A stretch of 63,255 bases of DNA, counting the filler, from Octopus bimaculoides (lineage: Eukaryota), in the NCBI RefSeq assembly GCF_001194135.2. It is 5 parts of 4 records of this genome, joined end to end, with 100 filler letters (N's around TTAATTAATTAA, not from the genome) between each part and the next. Parts side by side here need not be neighbours in the genome. Positions count along the whole stretch, not along the records: positions 1 to 10,583 come from NC_068988.1; positions 10,684 to 33,737 come from NC_069005.1; 3 more parts are not named here. One strand, 5' to 3'. Position 1 is the first letter of the stretch. Every line of letters starts with the position of its first letter. Positions 1-13,069 of this stretch are shown here, piece after piece. A program made the translations under genes and the position numbers. A model generated the notes under the pieces. That model had not been told where the DNA came from and made no database searches. It was given only the letters and a program-made list of their open reading frames with translations.

Positions 1-189
1 AATGTTTCCCCATTTTACACTATTGACATTTTCTGTGATATACGATACCCCCTTTTTTTTGATGCCCCTACCGATCCCTTTTGATCGGATTTTTTAATTT
101 TTATTTTACCTTTTTTTATTTTTAAAGAAAAGCTCTACAGTTGTATTTGTCCCCTCTATGTGCAGCCCTGTGTGGCTAATAAAAGAAAG

Positions 190-190
190 A

Positions 191-247
<57 letters not shown>

Positions 248-248
248 C
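190..248. repeat. (ATCT)n microsatellite
   Basis: Direct reading of tandem atct units. Confidence 0.95.
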
Positions 249-1078
249 TCTATTCGATATTAACCTAATGCATTTTACATCTATTTTCGTCTTCATAATG
301 TTTTATATATCATAATATATAGTGTAATACCCTCATTTCAACCGGATTCGTACATAAGAGCTTGAACAAACCAGTCTCAGTAGTCCTAATATGCATTTAC
401 ACATATTTAATTTTCTATATGTGTGTGTGTGTGTGTATGCGTGTGTATGTGAATGCGTGTGTGTTTTTGTGTGTGTATTGAATGTATATATATATATATC
501 ATACTAAACTGTGTAACCAATTTATGGCAAAAAGATGAATCCTTTCATTTTGTTTCCAACTTTTAACATTCAACCAAAAATGGGATAAGTTGTGTTTGAA
601 GTTTAACAGGGTATTATGGAACGTAGTGTTAGCTTCGAAGAAGAAATATATAAATTCTTTTGAAGTGTACATATTTCCGAGCATTCGTTATCTATTTTTG
701 TGAGGTTTCTTTAGATATGTATTTGGGTACGATATTGAACGCTATAACTTAAGCATTTTAAACTCAGTTTAAAATGAAATACTGTGATCCCGATGTCATG
801 CTCGAAATGTATTAAGATTGTAATCTTTAATGGAATTAAGAACATCCATAGGAAGGAGTATAATATAAAAAGGTTTTGTAGTTGTTCATAATTAACATTC
901 GTCTAGTTTGATTTACGTTATTTCTCCTGTATAATATCCTGGCAACAGTTATTAACTTCAATTATTCAGCCAACGTTATATAACAGGGGACTATAAGTTT
1001 TATTCAATATGAATGACACGCATGCGGTATCTTCAGAAGAAAGTAGATTTCGCCACGGTTTCGATGATAATCACAAAT

Positions 1079-1079
<1 letters not shown>

Positions 1080-1119
<40 letters not shown>

Positions 1120-1219
1120 NNNNNNNNNNNNNNNNNNNNNNNNNNNNNNNNNNNNNNNNNNNNNNNNNNNNNNNNNNNNNNNNNNNNNNNNNNNNNNNNN
1201 NNNNNNNNNNNNNNNNNNN

Positions 1220-1262
<43 letters not shown>
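1080..1262. repeat. (AAT)n and (GA)n microsatellites flanking a 100-N gap
   Basis: (aat)n at 1080-1119, N at 1120-1219, (ga)n at 1220-1262. Explains the spurious poly-N, poly-I and ER ORFs. Confidence 0.95.
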
Positions 1263-1268
<6 letters not shown>

Positions 1269-2544
1269 TGATCCATCAGAAGCGATAAAGGCTTCGGTTT
1301 CCGCTACTGAGAGTTCCATCATTCCGATAATTAGCAGGTAAACCGAGCCACGATTCCGTTTGAATAATCCATGTCTGAGTATCATTTATCTTTTGAAGTA
1401 TTCAATGAAAGGTTAAATGAAAGCTTATCCTTATGTTCTTTTGTTTAAAGTACTAGTATCCTCGATTGGAGATATTCATTTTTACATTTTCCTTACTTCT
1501 CCATCTCCAATGATCATATACCTAGCTTATGGAATCCTTACTCAATATATTTATCCACATGCTTGTCTATCCTGGAAACACCCGTAAGTGACTCTTCCTC
1601 TTTATATTCTCTATCTAAATTGAAATATTCTAGTGACGCCATATATACATACATGTATACATGTACGTATATGTTTATATACATGCACTCATATATAGAT
1701 TCGCCGCCATAATAAAACATAAACCAATAAAGCCTATGAATTAAACATTTCGACCACCAACATATATATATAAGTACATTACTTATCATAATTTTTTTTA
1801 TTTATGTGCCATATATTCATGCTACGTATTAAGAATTTTTTTCAATATGTACTGTACTTGTATATACGAACTTATAGTTGTAATATTTTTATGTTTATTA
1901 TGAATATATCCCGTATATTTACTATCTATGACATGCATTATGCATCTTCTTTATATGATTTACAATATATATATATATATATATATATATANNNNNNNNN
2001 NNNNNNNNNNNNNNNNNNNNNNNNNNNNNNNNNNNNNNNNNNNNNNNNNNNNNNNNNNNNNNNNNNNNNNNNNNNNNNNNNNNNNNNNNNNNNNNNNNNN
2101 NNNNNNNNNNNNNNNNNNNNNNNNNNNNNNNNNNNNNNNNNNNNNNNNNNNNNNNNNNNNNNNNNNNNNNNNNNNNNNNNNNNNNNNNNNNNNNNNNNNN
2201 NNNNNNNNNNNNNNNNNNNNNNNNNNNNNNNNNNNNNNNNNNNNNNNNNNNNNNNNNNNNNNNNNNNNNNNNNNNNNNNNNNNNNNNNNNNNNNNNNNNN
2301 NNNNNNNNNNNNNNNNNNNNNNNNNNNNNNNNNNNNNNNNNNNNNNNNNNNNNNNNNNNNNNNNNNNNNNNNNNNNNNNNNNNNNNNNNNNNNNNNNNNN
2401 NNNNNNNNNNNNNNNNNNNNNNNNNNNNNNNNNNNNNNNNNNNNNNNNNNNNNNNNNNNNNNNNNNNNNNNNNNNNNNNNNNNNNNNNNNNNNNNNNNNN
2501 NNNNNNNNNNNNNNNNNNNNNNNNNNNNNNNNNNNNNNNNNNNN

Positions 2545-2605
<61 letters not shown>

Positions 2606-2804
2606 AAGAGGGGGGTCAGAGAGAAAGAGAGACATTGAGAGGGAATGAGTGACGCACATGAGGATAGTGGCATAGCTAGAAAGTAAGAGTACAATGTTGG
2701 TTATGACAGCAGTGAAACTTTCGCATAAACATTTTTTGAATCTCTTCATGAGTGACCTCTCTATCAAAAATCTATCGGTGTGAATATTACTGGATACATT
2801 AGAC

Positions 2805-3054
2805 CAAAGGTTCTCAACCGTAGTCCATATGGCCATTGGAAGTCCATATAACCTTTTATTGTTAAATGTTTTGCGCAATAAATTGGTTAAACTTCTACAA
2901 TAAACAAAATATGTTAATTTTTTATACAATACCTAATAAAATTAATTATAAAAATACAATGATTTTTTTTTATATACGTTAAATGGCTATGAATTCCATC
3001 AATATAAAAGAGGAATCAAGGTGTCCATAGGCAAAAAACGGTTGAGAACCGATG
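2805..3054. mobile_element. Non-autonomous hAT-type MITE (250 bp)
   Basis: TIRs CAAAGGTTCTCAACCG (2805-2820) and CGGTTGAGAACCGATG (3039-3054), 14/16 match. 8-bp target-site duplication cattagac / cattagaa (7/8). CA..GGTTCTCAAC termini with an 8-bp TSD are typical of hAT/Charlie elements. Confidence 0.85.
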
Positions 3055-3424
3055 CATTAGAAGAAATAAGGTGACCACGGGGCTGATGTACGGTGAAACA
3101 GTAGCCATAATTCTATTGCCATCATCATCAACAGCGATAAGAATGAAATCAGCAAAAGTGTACGAAATCATATGAATTTAATTACAGAATAAGGAGATAT
3201 TGCAGTTTTCATCCTTAAAATAAGTTCATTAATCATTTCAGGGTGCGAATGTTCTACTTTGACCAGTGTACTTTACCTTCATTACATGAATACAAAGAAA
3301 TATTTTGTTGAAATAAGAAAAAAAAAATGAATTGTATTTAATCATAATTATATTGTATTTAATAACGAGGTTTTTACAAGCTGTAAACATAAGACATTGA
3401 AAAAGATAACAAGACTGCATGTCC

Positions 3425-3572
3425 GTCTCTTTACTTCTGAGTTCAAACTCCACTGAGGTCTACTTTGCCTTTCATCCTTCGGGGTCGATAAAATAAGCAC
3501 CAGTCGAATACTGGGGTCGATTTAATCGACTTATCGCTTCCCCCAAAATTGCTGGTCTTGTGCAAAAGTAAA
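3425..3572 (+). mobile_element. SINE-A, 5'-truncated copy
   Basis: B-box GAGTTCAAACTCC followed by the central block CTTTGCCTTTCATCCTTCGGGGTCGATAAAATAAGCACCAG shared with many copies in the window. Confidence 0.85.
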
Positions 3573-4654
3573 TTTTCATTTCTACGGGCTCAGAAATACA
3601 AGGCCAAAAGGGAAGATACGATATGAATTTAGTTTTTCCATAGGCATAATAAATGGATTTAAATGCAATGTGTGTAATATTAAACAAATAACAATGAAAT
3701 AAATTTAATAACATCTATGTTTTGTTACATTTCATTAATGTATCGCATTATGATAAATCATTTATGAATTACTTGTATATATAGAATATGATGAAAATCA
3801 CATAACATCTATGAAAACATGTTGAAAATCACATAAATTTAAACCAAATGCAGTGTTGGTTATTGATGATATCTCAGAAAACCACTACCACCTCAACAAA
3901 ACCTTGGCATCCTACAGTCTTCCAGTTTTGTCCAATCTGTTTATTGATCGTCAATATTTGATTCAGTCTGTAATTTTTAATATCAACGATTTCTACATTC
4001 GCTACATTTGGGACAACTTGTGACACGAACAAATATTGTAGATACACTAGATATAGCAACAAATAATATTTGAGCAATCTGCTTTAAAACAATCGAGAAC
4101 TGAATAGAGTTTGGAAGAAGCTGTGAACAGAAGCATTGCATCGAGAACTACCCTGTCTTATTTTTAAAAAAAACATCCACAGAGCTACATTTTCAATTTT
4201 AACTTGTTTTTTTTTAATAATATGGAATTATTAAGAGGGATTTGACAGGTATTCCTTTCAGGTCAATCCACCACCTAGGTTCTTTCTGCTTGACTCTGTG
4301 GCTGCGATAGGCAGATAGATAGTGAAGAAGGTCGGTGAAATTCGTTGCAAACTTACAACAAGCAGAGCTTCTTTTAAATAGACACGCTCCTTTTGGAGGC
4401 ACAGTTCCATAGCATATACAGGTATAATACAATAGTGTGAGTCTTGCTCTGGATTTGTAGTTTCATTGTAGTTTCATATCTTAGAATTCTATGCGTAATT
4501 TTCGTTTCCTACATTATCTATGAAAATCTTTTGACAGTATATATGTATATACACATATAAGTGTGTCTGTGCGTGTGTTTGTTTTTTGAGTGTGTGCGCG
4601 TGTGTGTGTGTGTAGCTCCGTTTTTACAAATGCAAAGCTCAGTAATGTGTTAGT

Positions 4655-4855
4655 GTTTGTCACCCCATACACACACCTTTTGACAAACGACACTGGTTTG
4701 TTTACGCCGACGTAATGTAGCGGTTCAAGAAAAATACCCGATATAATAAGTACAGGGACTAAAAATTAGTAATTAGTACTGGGCTTTATTTCTTTGATTC
4801 GACCCTTCAAGACATGATCGCAATCCAAAGACTGAAACAAGTGAAAAACAAAAGA
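4655..4855 (+). mobile_element. SINE-B, degenerate 3' half
   Basis: Matches the 3' half of the well-preserved copy at 37430-37871 (ttgacaaacga..gcggttc..ataagtac..gactgaaacaagt). Confidence 0.7.
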
Positions 4856-5402
4856 TGAAATTAATGATGTTGGTAAATATTACGTCAGTAATATATAGTA
4901 AAGCATATTATGGAGGTAAAGTGTGTAACAAATTGATCAAAAATGCAATGTTTAATGCAAGTTTTATCCATTATTTAAAATATATCTTCAATGTGTCTCT
5001 TATATCAAGAGATAGGAGAATCTTAATGTCTTGGTCATAACAGTTTGTCATGTCCTAGCTTAAAATATCCGAATTTATGAATTTCCCTAAATAAGTGTTT
5101 GTCGATGCGAGCTAGCACATTACATGTCCTATCTATTTAATCCATTTCATCAATCATCTGAACAGTAGCCTTGTACCAAGTAAATCAAATTATTAATTTA
5201 CATATACAATGTGTTGTTGAATTTAGGTGTTACATTAGTGTTTTCATAGACGAACTTATTTCGTTGAATTTACCACAGTGCAAAAACGGCACATATTTTC
5301 CTGTCGTGAGAAATGAAATTGTCTATGACAAAGTAAGATTTGAAATTAGACCATAGTGATTTTTATTGAATATATAATATAAAATGAAGTAAATATATAA
5401 TA

Positions 5403-5764
5403 AACAAGAGCATTCAGAGAGCGCAAACCTCCGCCAACGTCCTCTCAACGATTAACCACAGATGATGTTTAAAGTGAGAATATCTGAAATAAATTCGACT
5501 GCTCTAACAAAGGAGACTACTAAAAATGAACTCGACCGCTCTCAGAAATTAAGTAAAAAACAGGAATAATAATCCAGGATTCTTGTCCTGTATTGGATCG
5601 ATCCCAAAATCTAATCAATTCGTGCCAGCCACGAGGCACAATATCCAAGAAAGTTTCATCCGAATCCATCCAGCGCTCTTGTCCACGGACAAACAAGCAA
5701 ACAAACAAACAAACACACACGACTGAAATCAATACCTCTGCCTTAGCGAAGGCAGAGGTAATAA
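5403..5764 (-). mobile_element. Helentron-associated non-autonomous element (DINE-1/HINE-like)
   Basis: On the minus strand: 5' TTATTACCTCTGCC with a perfect stem-loop (tacctctgcct-tagcga-aggcagaggta, 5733-5760), an internal (GTTT)n/(GT)n tract, and a 3' subterminal inverted copy TTGGCGGAGGT followed by TTGCGCTCTCTGAATGCTCTTGTT. This is the known architecture of DINE-1/HINE elements. Confidence 0.75.
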
Positions 5765-5779
5765 AGTAAATATACAATA

Positions 5780-6795
5780 TATTGGGTCATCCCATAAATA
5801 ATGCGGTTTTTTTCAATTACATGAACTAAAAGTCGGAGGGGGACGCTATTAACTACCTGCATCAACTTGCTATAAAAGAAGGTAGTAATTTTACCTTGTA
5901 CTTATTCTTAGTGCAAGGTTTGAAGTGTGTAGTTCGATTTTGACAGTTATTTTTTCAAAGCTATAATGGAATGGCATATTTGCTTTATCAGTTCAATAAA
6001 GGCAACAACGCAACGGTATATGGGGATCAGACAATAAGCGTAAGCCAATGCCAAAGGTGGTTCAAGAAATACCGTGCCGGAAACTACAGCCTAGAACACG
6101 AGCCTCGTCCTGGAAGATCTGTAGAGCTCGACGAGGACACCGTGCAAACCATAATGGAACAAAATCCCATCGTAACTGCTGAGGAATTAGTAGAGAAGCT
6201 TGGATTTGGTGATTCAACCATTCATCGATACCTGTGTGCCACCGGAAAAGTTAGCAAATTGGCTCAATGGGTTTCTCAGAAACTTTCAGAGTTTAACCGC
6301 GCACAGGGAATGAATGCGTGTTCTTCTTTGCTGTCACGTCTCACAAATGATCCTTTTGGGGACTGGTGACGAGAAATAGGTTCTCTATAAAAATGTCAAA
6401 CACCGAAGACAGTGGGTAGGGAAGGGAGAAACACCGACACCCCTGGCTAAAGACACTCTTCATCCACGTAAGGTGTTGTTATCTGTTTGGTGAGATATGA
6501 AACGTTTAGTCCACTTTAAAATTTAAACCCACCCAAAACAAACGATAACGTAGGAGATCTACGGCGAGCAGCTTGAGCGGCTTAAGTCAGCTCTAGGAGA
6601 AAAATGACCATCTTTGGTATCAAGACGAAGGAGGTACTTCGATGAGGATAATGCTCGGCCACATACAGCAAGAATGATATTACAAAGGCTGAAGCAGTTT
6701 GAACAAGAAATGATGCTTCATCCACCATATCCGCTGGACATTACCCCATCTGATTATAATTTATTCTGCAGTCTTCAAATTCATTTGGACGGAAG
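5780..6795 (+). mobile_element. Mariner (DD34D) transposon, 5' portion with decayed transposase
   Basis: TA plus TIR TTGGGTCATCCCATAAATAATGCGG at 5780-5806. Translated fragments CQRWFKKYRAGNYSLEHEPRPGR, WVSQKLSE, DEDNARPHTA and HPPYPLDITPSDY; 34 residues between the last two catalytic Asp. Contains stops and frameshifts. Confidence 0.92.
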
Positions 6796-6811
6796 CGTAT
6801 CTACTCGTATA

Positions 6812-8224
6812 TAGATAGTAGGTACGTTTCGTAGTTTCCAATATTTATGATGTTTTACTTTTACTTTCATGAAGCTTGCTTGAAGTATTATATTTGATAT
6901 GCTTTTAATGAACACAGCCTCGAATATTACCCAGAAGTTTCAACAAACATTCTAAAGCGGTTACCAAATATAAATCCTCTTAAAGTTTACAGAATATAAA
7001 TTGTAACAATGATTTATACGCTTATATTCTGAACTTAGTAGAACTGTATCAGATAAATAGAAATTTTTCTTAATAATATAACTACAGGATGTTCTTAAAC
7101 GCATCTACCAACATCATCAGTTTAACAGTTAAATCAAAATTATGTTCATTAGATAATTACATAAGTAAGTTACACAACGTTTTAAAGGACAGAAAACTAT
7201 GAAAACTGAAGCCAACAATTGCACCTAAAGATGACTAAGTCAGCAAACTGCTACCATCTGATATCTTTATGTGTATAAAAGTGAACGAAGAAGACCTTTA
7301 CATGGTAGATAGACCTAATAAAAATATAACTGTTTCAGAACTGCAAGTTCTTAAAGCCATCATCTACTGCCTTGTACATACACAGCACACGCATTCACAC
7401 TCACACATACATGGATATTACGAAGCAATAAAGTAGTCTAGTGTTTTGTAGCTAGATCAGTTAGGAAAAGCAGTTTAATCATCACATCATACCTTCCTTA
7501 TATGTACTTAAGAATGTATGAATCGTCTAAAGTAAAAGTCACAATATAGCTGTACCTAAGAGAAAAAGATTCCAATTCTCCAAATTATGACTCTGTTATC
7601 TCACTCATGGAGAGCGCCTATAGTTGTTTGAAAATAATAGAAATATTTGGTAAATTTTTCTCAGCTCACATTGTACTGTGGTATTTATGTTAGCACGAAA
7701 AAAAACAAACTAAATCTTAATGTGTTAGCTTGACACGAGACGCAGACCAACTAATTCTATACGTGTTACTTAGATGCAATACCAGGACTTCGACTGGAGG
7801 TTTCGTTAGAATATCATATAGTTACTTTCTATTGGGTCATCCGATAAATAATGCAGTTTTTTTATACATTATTTTTCAAAATTAAGATAAAGTTCTTTTT
7901 TAATCTAAAATATACTCTCTTTTATTTTCTACAATGCTCTTCCATCTGTCTGGTAGACTTGCAAAGCCCCTCTTCCAAAATTCATTTGTCCGTGACGAAA
8001 ATATTCCTCCAGTACTGGAGAAGTCATATTCTTTCTGTCCAAATGATTTTGAAGACTACAGTTTTTATACTATTCTGTCCTTTAAAAAGTTGTGAAATTT
8101 CTGAGTAATATTCGAGGTTGTGTTCATTGAAAGCATATCGAATGTAATATTTCCAGCACGTTTCATGATGGTAAAAGTAAAACATCATAAATATTGGAAA
8201 CTAAGAAACGTACCTACTATCTAG
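6812..8224. repeat. Inverted repeat pair (arms about 6812-6945 and 8090-8224) of an unclassified repeat
   Basis: tagatagtaggtacgtttc..gtttccaatatttatgatgttttactttta..atgaacacagcctcgaatattacccag at 6812 aligns with the reverse complement of 8090-8224; roughly 85-90% identity by eye. Confidence 0.85.
7830..8059 (-). mobile_element. Mariner 3' end with TIR, inverted relative to the 5' portion
   Basis: Reverse complement translates SLQNHLDRKNMTSPVLEEYFSSRTNEFWKRGFASLPDRWKSIVENKREYILD*. TIR tattgggtcatccgataaataatgcag at 7830-7856 matches the 5780 TIR. Confidence 0.88.
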
Positions 8225-8399
8225 TGCTACCCAGATCTTATTCAATGATCAAAGCATTTCTGAATGATAATAGAAATATTGGCTTCAGTTTGAAACCTCC
8301 TGTAAAAAATTACCTCGTAACTTCACTCTGCAAACTTGTCACACCCTGTGTCCCAATGATTCTGTTCGAAAATTACATTACGAGTAAACTAATCTTTTC

Positions 8400-8620
8400 T
8401 TTTATTCTTTTATTCTTTTCCTTGTTTCAGTCATTTTGACTGTGGTCATGCTGGAGCACCGGCTTTTAGTCGAAGAAATCGACCCTGGACTTCTTCATAA
8501 GCCTGATACGTAACCTGATACGTAAACACACCAACATCGGTTGTCAAGCGATGGAGAGGGGAAAAACACATAAATATATGCATACATAAGTATATATATA
8601 TATATATATATATACGACGG
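8400..8620 (-). mobile_element. SINE-B, 3' half
   Basis: Reverse complement of the SINE-B tail (ttgtttcagtcattttgactgtggtcatgctggagcacc) and of the ggttgtcaagcgat block. Confidence 0.85.
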
Positions 8621-9917
8621 GCTTCTAGTCTGTGGAGAAGCTAAGCAATTTATAAGTTACTTCGAGTGCATGTCAATCATTGGATCGAAGAAAACGAAGC
8701 CTCATCACTGTAGAGCGACGGAGATTCACTACACACACATGGAGACACATTACACACTCACACACACACGCGTGCGCGCATAAGCATATATTTTTATGTA
8801 TAACCATGTTGGGTTATATATAAATATATATNNNNNNNNNNNNNNNNNNNNNNNNNNNNNNNNNNNNNNNNNNNNNNNNNNNNNNNNNNNNNNNNNNNNN
8901 NNNNNNNNNNNNNNNNNNNNNNNNNNNNNNNNNNNNNNNNNNNNNNNNNNNNNNNNNNNNNNNNNNNNNNNNNNNNNNNNNNNNNNNNNNNNNNNNNNNN
9001 NNNNNNNNNNNNNNNNNNNNNNNNNNNNNNNNNNNNNNNNNNNNNNNNNNNNNNNNNNNNNNNNNNNNNNNNNNNNNNNNNNNNNNNNNNNNNNNNNNNN
9101 NNNNNNNNNNNNNNNNNNNNNNNNNNNNNNNNNNNNNNNNNNNNNNNNNNNNNNNNNNNNNNNNNNNNNNNNNNNNNNNNNNNNNNNNNNNNNNNNNNNN
9201 NNNNNNNNNNNNNNNNNNNNNNNNNNNNNNNNNNNNNNNNNNNNNNNNNNNNNNNNNNNNNNNNNNNNNNNNNNNNNNNNNNNNNNNNNNNNNNNNNNNN
9301 NNNNNNNNNNNNNNNNNNNNNNNNNNNNNNNNNNNNNNNNNNNNNNNNNNNNNNNNNNNNNNNNNNNNNNNNNNNNNNNNNNNNNNNNNNNNNNNNNNNN
9401 NNNNNNNNNNNNNNNNNNNNNNNNNNNNNNNNNNNNNNNNNNNNNNNNNNNNNNNNNNNNNNNNNNNNNNNNNNNNNNNNNNNNNNNNNNNNNNNNNNNN
9501 NGACATTATATTTTGAGAGAATTATTTATAAGCCTATATTCAGTCTTACTCTTAAGGGCTTACCGGCTGTTATTTTCCTAGAAATTTTAGTCACACTTTT
9601 CCTGTAACCCTAACAGTAGATTTAATGTCTCCAACTGATTTTAATTCTATGTTATGGCATTATCTCTCATCATTATGGCAATCATTTTGGCTGATTTTGT
9701 TTGGTCCCTTTCTTTCTTTTTTTATTAGTTTACTTTTTCATTTATTTATTTATATATTTTATTGTATATTCTTAATCCTGATATTATCGACATCAGAAAT
9801 GCGTGCGCGCTTTTGTGTGTGTGTGTGTGTGAATGAGTGCATATGTGTATGTGTGATCTAGCTGCATTTAACCTTATTGATTCGTCATTTGTGTATATAA
9901 TGTATATAAGTATATAA

Positions 9918-9976
<59 letters not shown>

Positions 9977-10439
9977 AATACATATACACACACACATAAA
10001 CATACACGCTACACACACACCCTCTATAGGACAAACTCAAACACATACTAACACACACCTGAGAGTCTCACACACAAGTACTATACACACATCCATACAC
10101 ACGTATATAAATGCACGGAGCATACTTCACTCCACAGACGCACAGACTGATTTACTCATACACATACACACACAGCCTACCATACGCACACGCAGGCTCA
10201 CAATATTAAAGGCTCGTCCACACATACATTCACACGCACGCGCTCCCATTCACACATACACATTCATATATACCATTCTTGCATACACACAAATACGCTT
10301 GCGCACCACAGTTCAGCAATGTCACCGTTATTATCTCCTTTGCACTTATTCTCATTGTTCTGGTCATTTCATGTTAGACTGTAAATCACTACACATTTTG
10401 CCACTCTCTCTGTTTTTTTTCCGATTCTCCAAGTTTCCC

Positions 10440-10583
10440 ATGAAACCTCTTCTGACGAAGAGCGTAGACTCGAACCTTAAACTAGTTTTCCAATCTTTTT
10501 GAGCGTCAAACTAATAAACCTACTTGTTGTGCTCTCACATGTCTTCGTCTTTTGTTTTCTGTAAATTTCAACTATATATATAT
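10440..10583 (+). mobile_element. PLE pseudo-LTR remnant with degenerate hammerhead core
   Basis: CTGACGA-AGAG-cgtaga-CTC-GAACC (GAAAC decayed), followed by a pyrimidine-rich tail resembling the one at 56100-56290. Confidence 0.45.
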
Positions 10584-10683
10584 NNNNNNNNNNNNNNNNN
10601 NNNNNNNNNNNNNNNNNNNNNNNNNNNTTAATTAATTAANNNNNNNNNNNNNNNNNNNNNNNNNNNNNNNNNNNNNNNNNNNN
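10584..10683. other. Assembly spacer: 44 N + TTAATTAATTAA + 44 N
   Basis: Identical 100-bp construct also at 33738-33837, 53152-53251 and 56858-56957. The 12-mer gives stops in all six frames. Artificial, not biological. Confidence 0.95.
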
Positions 10684-10991
10684 AGACAGACAGACAGACA
10701 GACAGACAGACAGGCAGGCAGGCAGACAGAGAGACAGACAGAGGGACAGAAAGACAGACTTGAAGTAGAGAGGGCATATTATTGAAAAAGTTGCAAATAG
10801 TGAAGAAAGAACTCTGTCAATTGCAAGTGATTAATTAAATAATCGAACGATTACGCAAACAACTAATTAGTCAGGGGGTTAAATAGCTAACCAATTCACG
10901 AATAATAAAGAATTAGTACTGAACCAGTACGAGTGTTTATTATTGGCAGAATGATGCAACAAAGTATGTATGTATGTATTATGTATGTATG

Positions 10992-11280
10992 TAGTGGTCG
11001 GGAATATTCAGCTGATGATCGTAAGGTCGTGAGTTCGATTCCCGATGGCGCGTTGTGTTCTCGAGCAAGTTCACTTCGTTTCACGTTGATCCAATCGATT
11101 CAGCAGACGAAAATGAGTAATGCCTGTATTTCAAAGCCCGGTCTTGTCAGATTCTACGTTAAGGTACAACTATCTGTGGAGTGCTCAGCCATCTACATGT
11201 TAATTTCACAAGCAAGCTGTTCTGTTGATCTGTGCAACTTGAACTCTCGTCGACGTAAGTAACGGAGTGCCAGATGTATG
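10992..11280 (+). mobile_element. SINE-C copy
   Basis: B-box GAGTTCGATTCC, then gttgtgttctcgagcaagttcactt..gttgatccaatcgattcagc..aaaatgagta shared with 15918-16160. Confidence 0.75.
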
Positions 11281-12021
11281 CATGTATGTACATATTATAT
11301 ATGTACATACATACATAATATGTGTATATTATTATTATTATTATGATTGAGTGAGAGAGCAGTGCATGCCATCAAGTGACACTGGGCTAAAATATACGAA
11401 GCCCATTATACCCATCGTGACTACCCGTCTGAATAGAGTACACCAGGCACATGCATCACAACCATATGTGCGCGACACGGTGATNNNNNNNNNNNNNNNN
11501 NNNNNNNNNNNNNNNNNNNNNNNNNNNNNNNNNNNNNNNNNNNNNNNNNNNNNNNNNNNNNNNNNNNNNNNNNNNNNNNNNNNNTCTCTCTCTCTCTCTC
11601 TCTCTCTCTCCCTCTTTCTCTCTCTACTTTTTCTTCGAAACCAAATAAGTTTACTTGTATGAAACATCTGCTCTTCATACTCGTTTTTTTCTAATCTAGT
11701 AATATTTCGCTTGTAAAAACAGCATTGATGTCTGCCTTAGCAACAAGGATAGCATTTTTCTGTAGAAGCGGTTTGCGAATACAGAAACTAACATTTCCTG
11801 CATTTTTTTTTACTGGTCGCTGCTGTTGTCACTGTATTTGTTCATGTCTTCGATGTCTTTATTGTTTTGTCTTGTTAGTCTTAATCTAGAAAACACATTA
11901 TCAATGTCGCCACAGCCTGTTCTTAATCGCTATCTCGCACTTGTATGTTTCTCTTGTTTTTTAGGTGAGAATTTGCTTCATTTCATCAAAGCTGTTCCAA
12001 CCGTAAACATATATTGTCATT

Positions 12022-12722
12022 ATTAATTATTGAGGTAAGCAATATGTATGATCATATGAACTATCCAATTACAATTATGGTCATATAAGCCTCGTACCTT
12101 GAGTCAGTGCACTGAAAACCTCAATCCTCAATTCATCGTAGTTTTGTCACAGTTGAGATGTGCTTATGGCAGAATCGTTAGCATGGCGGACGTAGATGCT
12201 TAGCAGTATTTCGTCCATCCTTTACGTTCATCCTTAAATTCATCCTTACGTTCAGATTCCGCCGAGGTCGACAATACCTTTCATCCCTTCCGGGGTCAAT
12301 AAAATAAGGACCAGCTGAGCACTGGAATCAATGAAATCGATAAGCCACCTCCGTCGAAATTTCAGGCCTCGTGCTTATAGTAAAAAGGATTATTAATTAC
12401 TGAGGTAAGCAATATGTCTGATCATGTGAATTATCTAATTACAACAATGACTACACAAGCCTTGAGTCATTGCATCGAAAACCTCATTAGTCAATTCATT
12501 CTAGTTTTGTAACGATTAAGATATGCTTAAGGCGGCGAGCTGACTGAATCCTTAGCAGTATTTCCTTCATCCCTACATTCTGAGTTCAAATTCCGCCGTT
12601 GTCGACTTTACTCTTCATCACTTTCTGGGTCGATAAAATAAGTGCCAGTCGAGCACTAGTGTGGACGTTATCGACTTACCTTGCTCACCTTCAGATTTCA
12701 GGCTTTGTGTCAATAACAGAAT
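12022..12722 (+). repeat. Old tandem duplication (about 365-bp unit) of unique flank plus SINE-A
   Basis: ttaattattgaggtaagcaatatgtatgatcatatgaa (12022) vs ttaattactgaggtaagcaatatgtctgatcatgtgaa (about 12392). Each is followed by a SINE-A (12167-12390 and 12529-12722). Confidence 0.8.
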
Positions 12723-13069
12723 TTGATAGATTGCCAGATAAAGGGAACGGTAAATTCTGGTTCTCTTTTTCTTCTCTTACCAAAACTTTCACCAAGTCAC
12801 GTAAGCAATTCTCTGCCATTTATGAAATGGACACGCAAGAATGACATCAACAAACACACACACGTACACGCACGCACACACACACATATATACACGCACG
12901 CACACATACACGCACGCATGCACACAAACACTCACATATGTACGGATAAACTCTCACGGACAAACACGTACACGCGATAATCACTTGTTTTTAAATAAGA
13001 AATGTCGGTGCTGGGTTTTCAGCGCCCCTATCGGTGAAAGGGATTACCAAAATTATTGGGTTTCTTTTT

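Noticed and set aside
3826-4023. Open frame containing AVLVIDDIS, Walker-B-like
   Set aside because: No Walker A or other helicase motifs nearby, no convincing splice sites; probably chance.
10628-10639. TTAATTAATTAA islands inside N runs (also 33782, 53196, 56902)
   Set aside because: Each sits in an identical 44N+12+44N construct of exactly 100 bp, an assembler spacer with stops in six frames.
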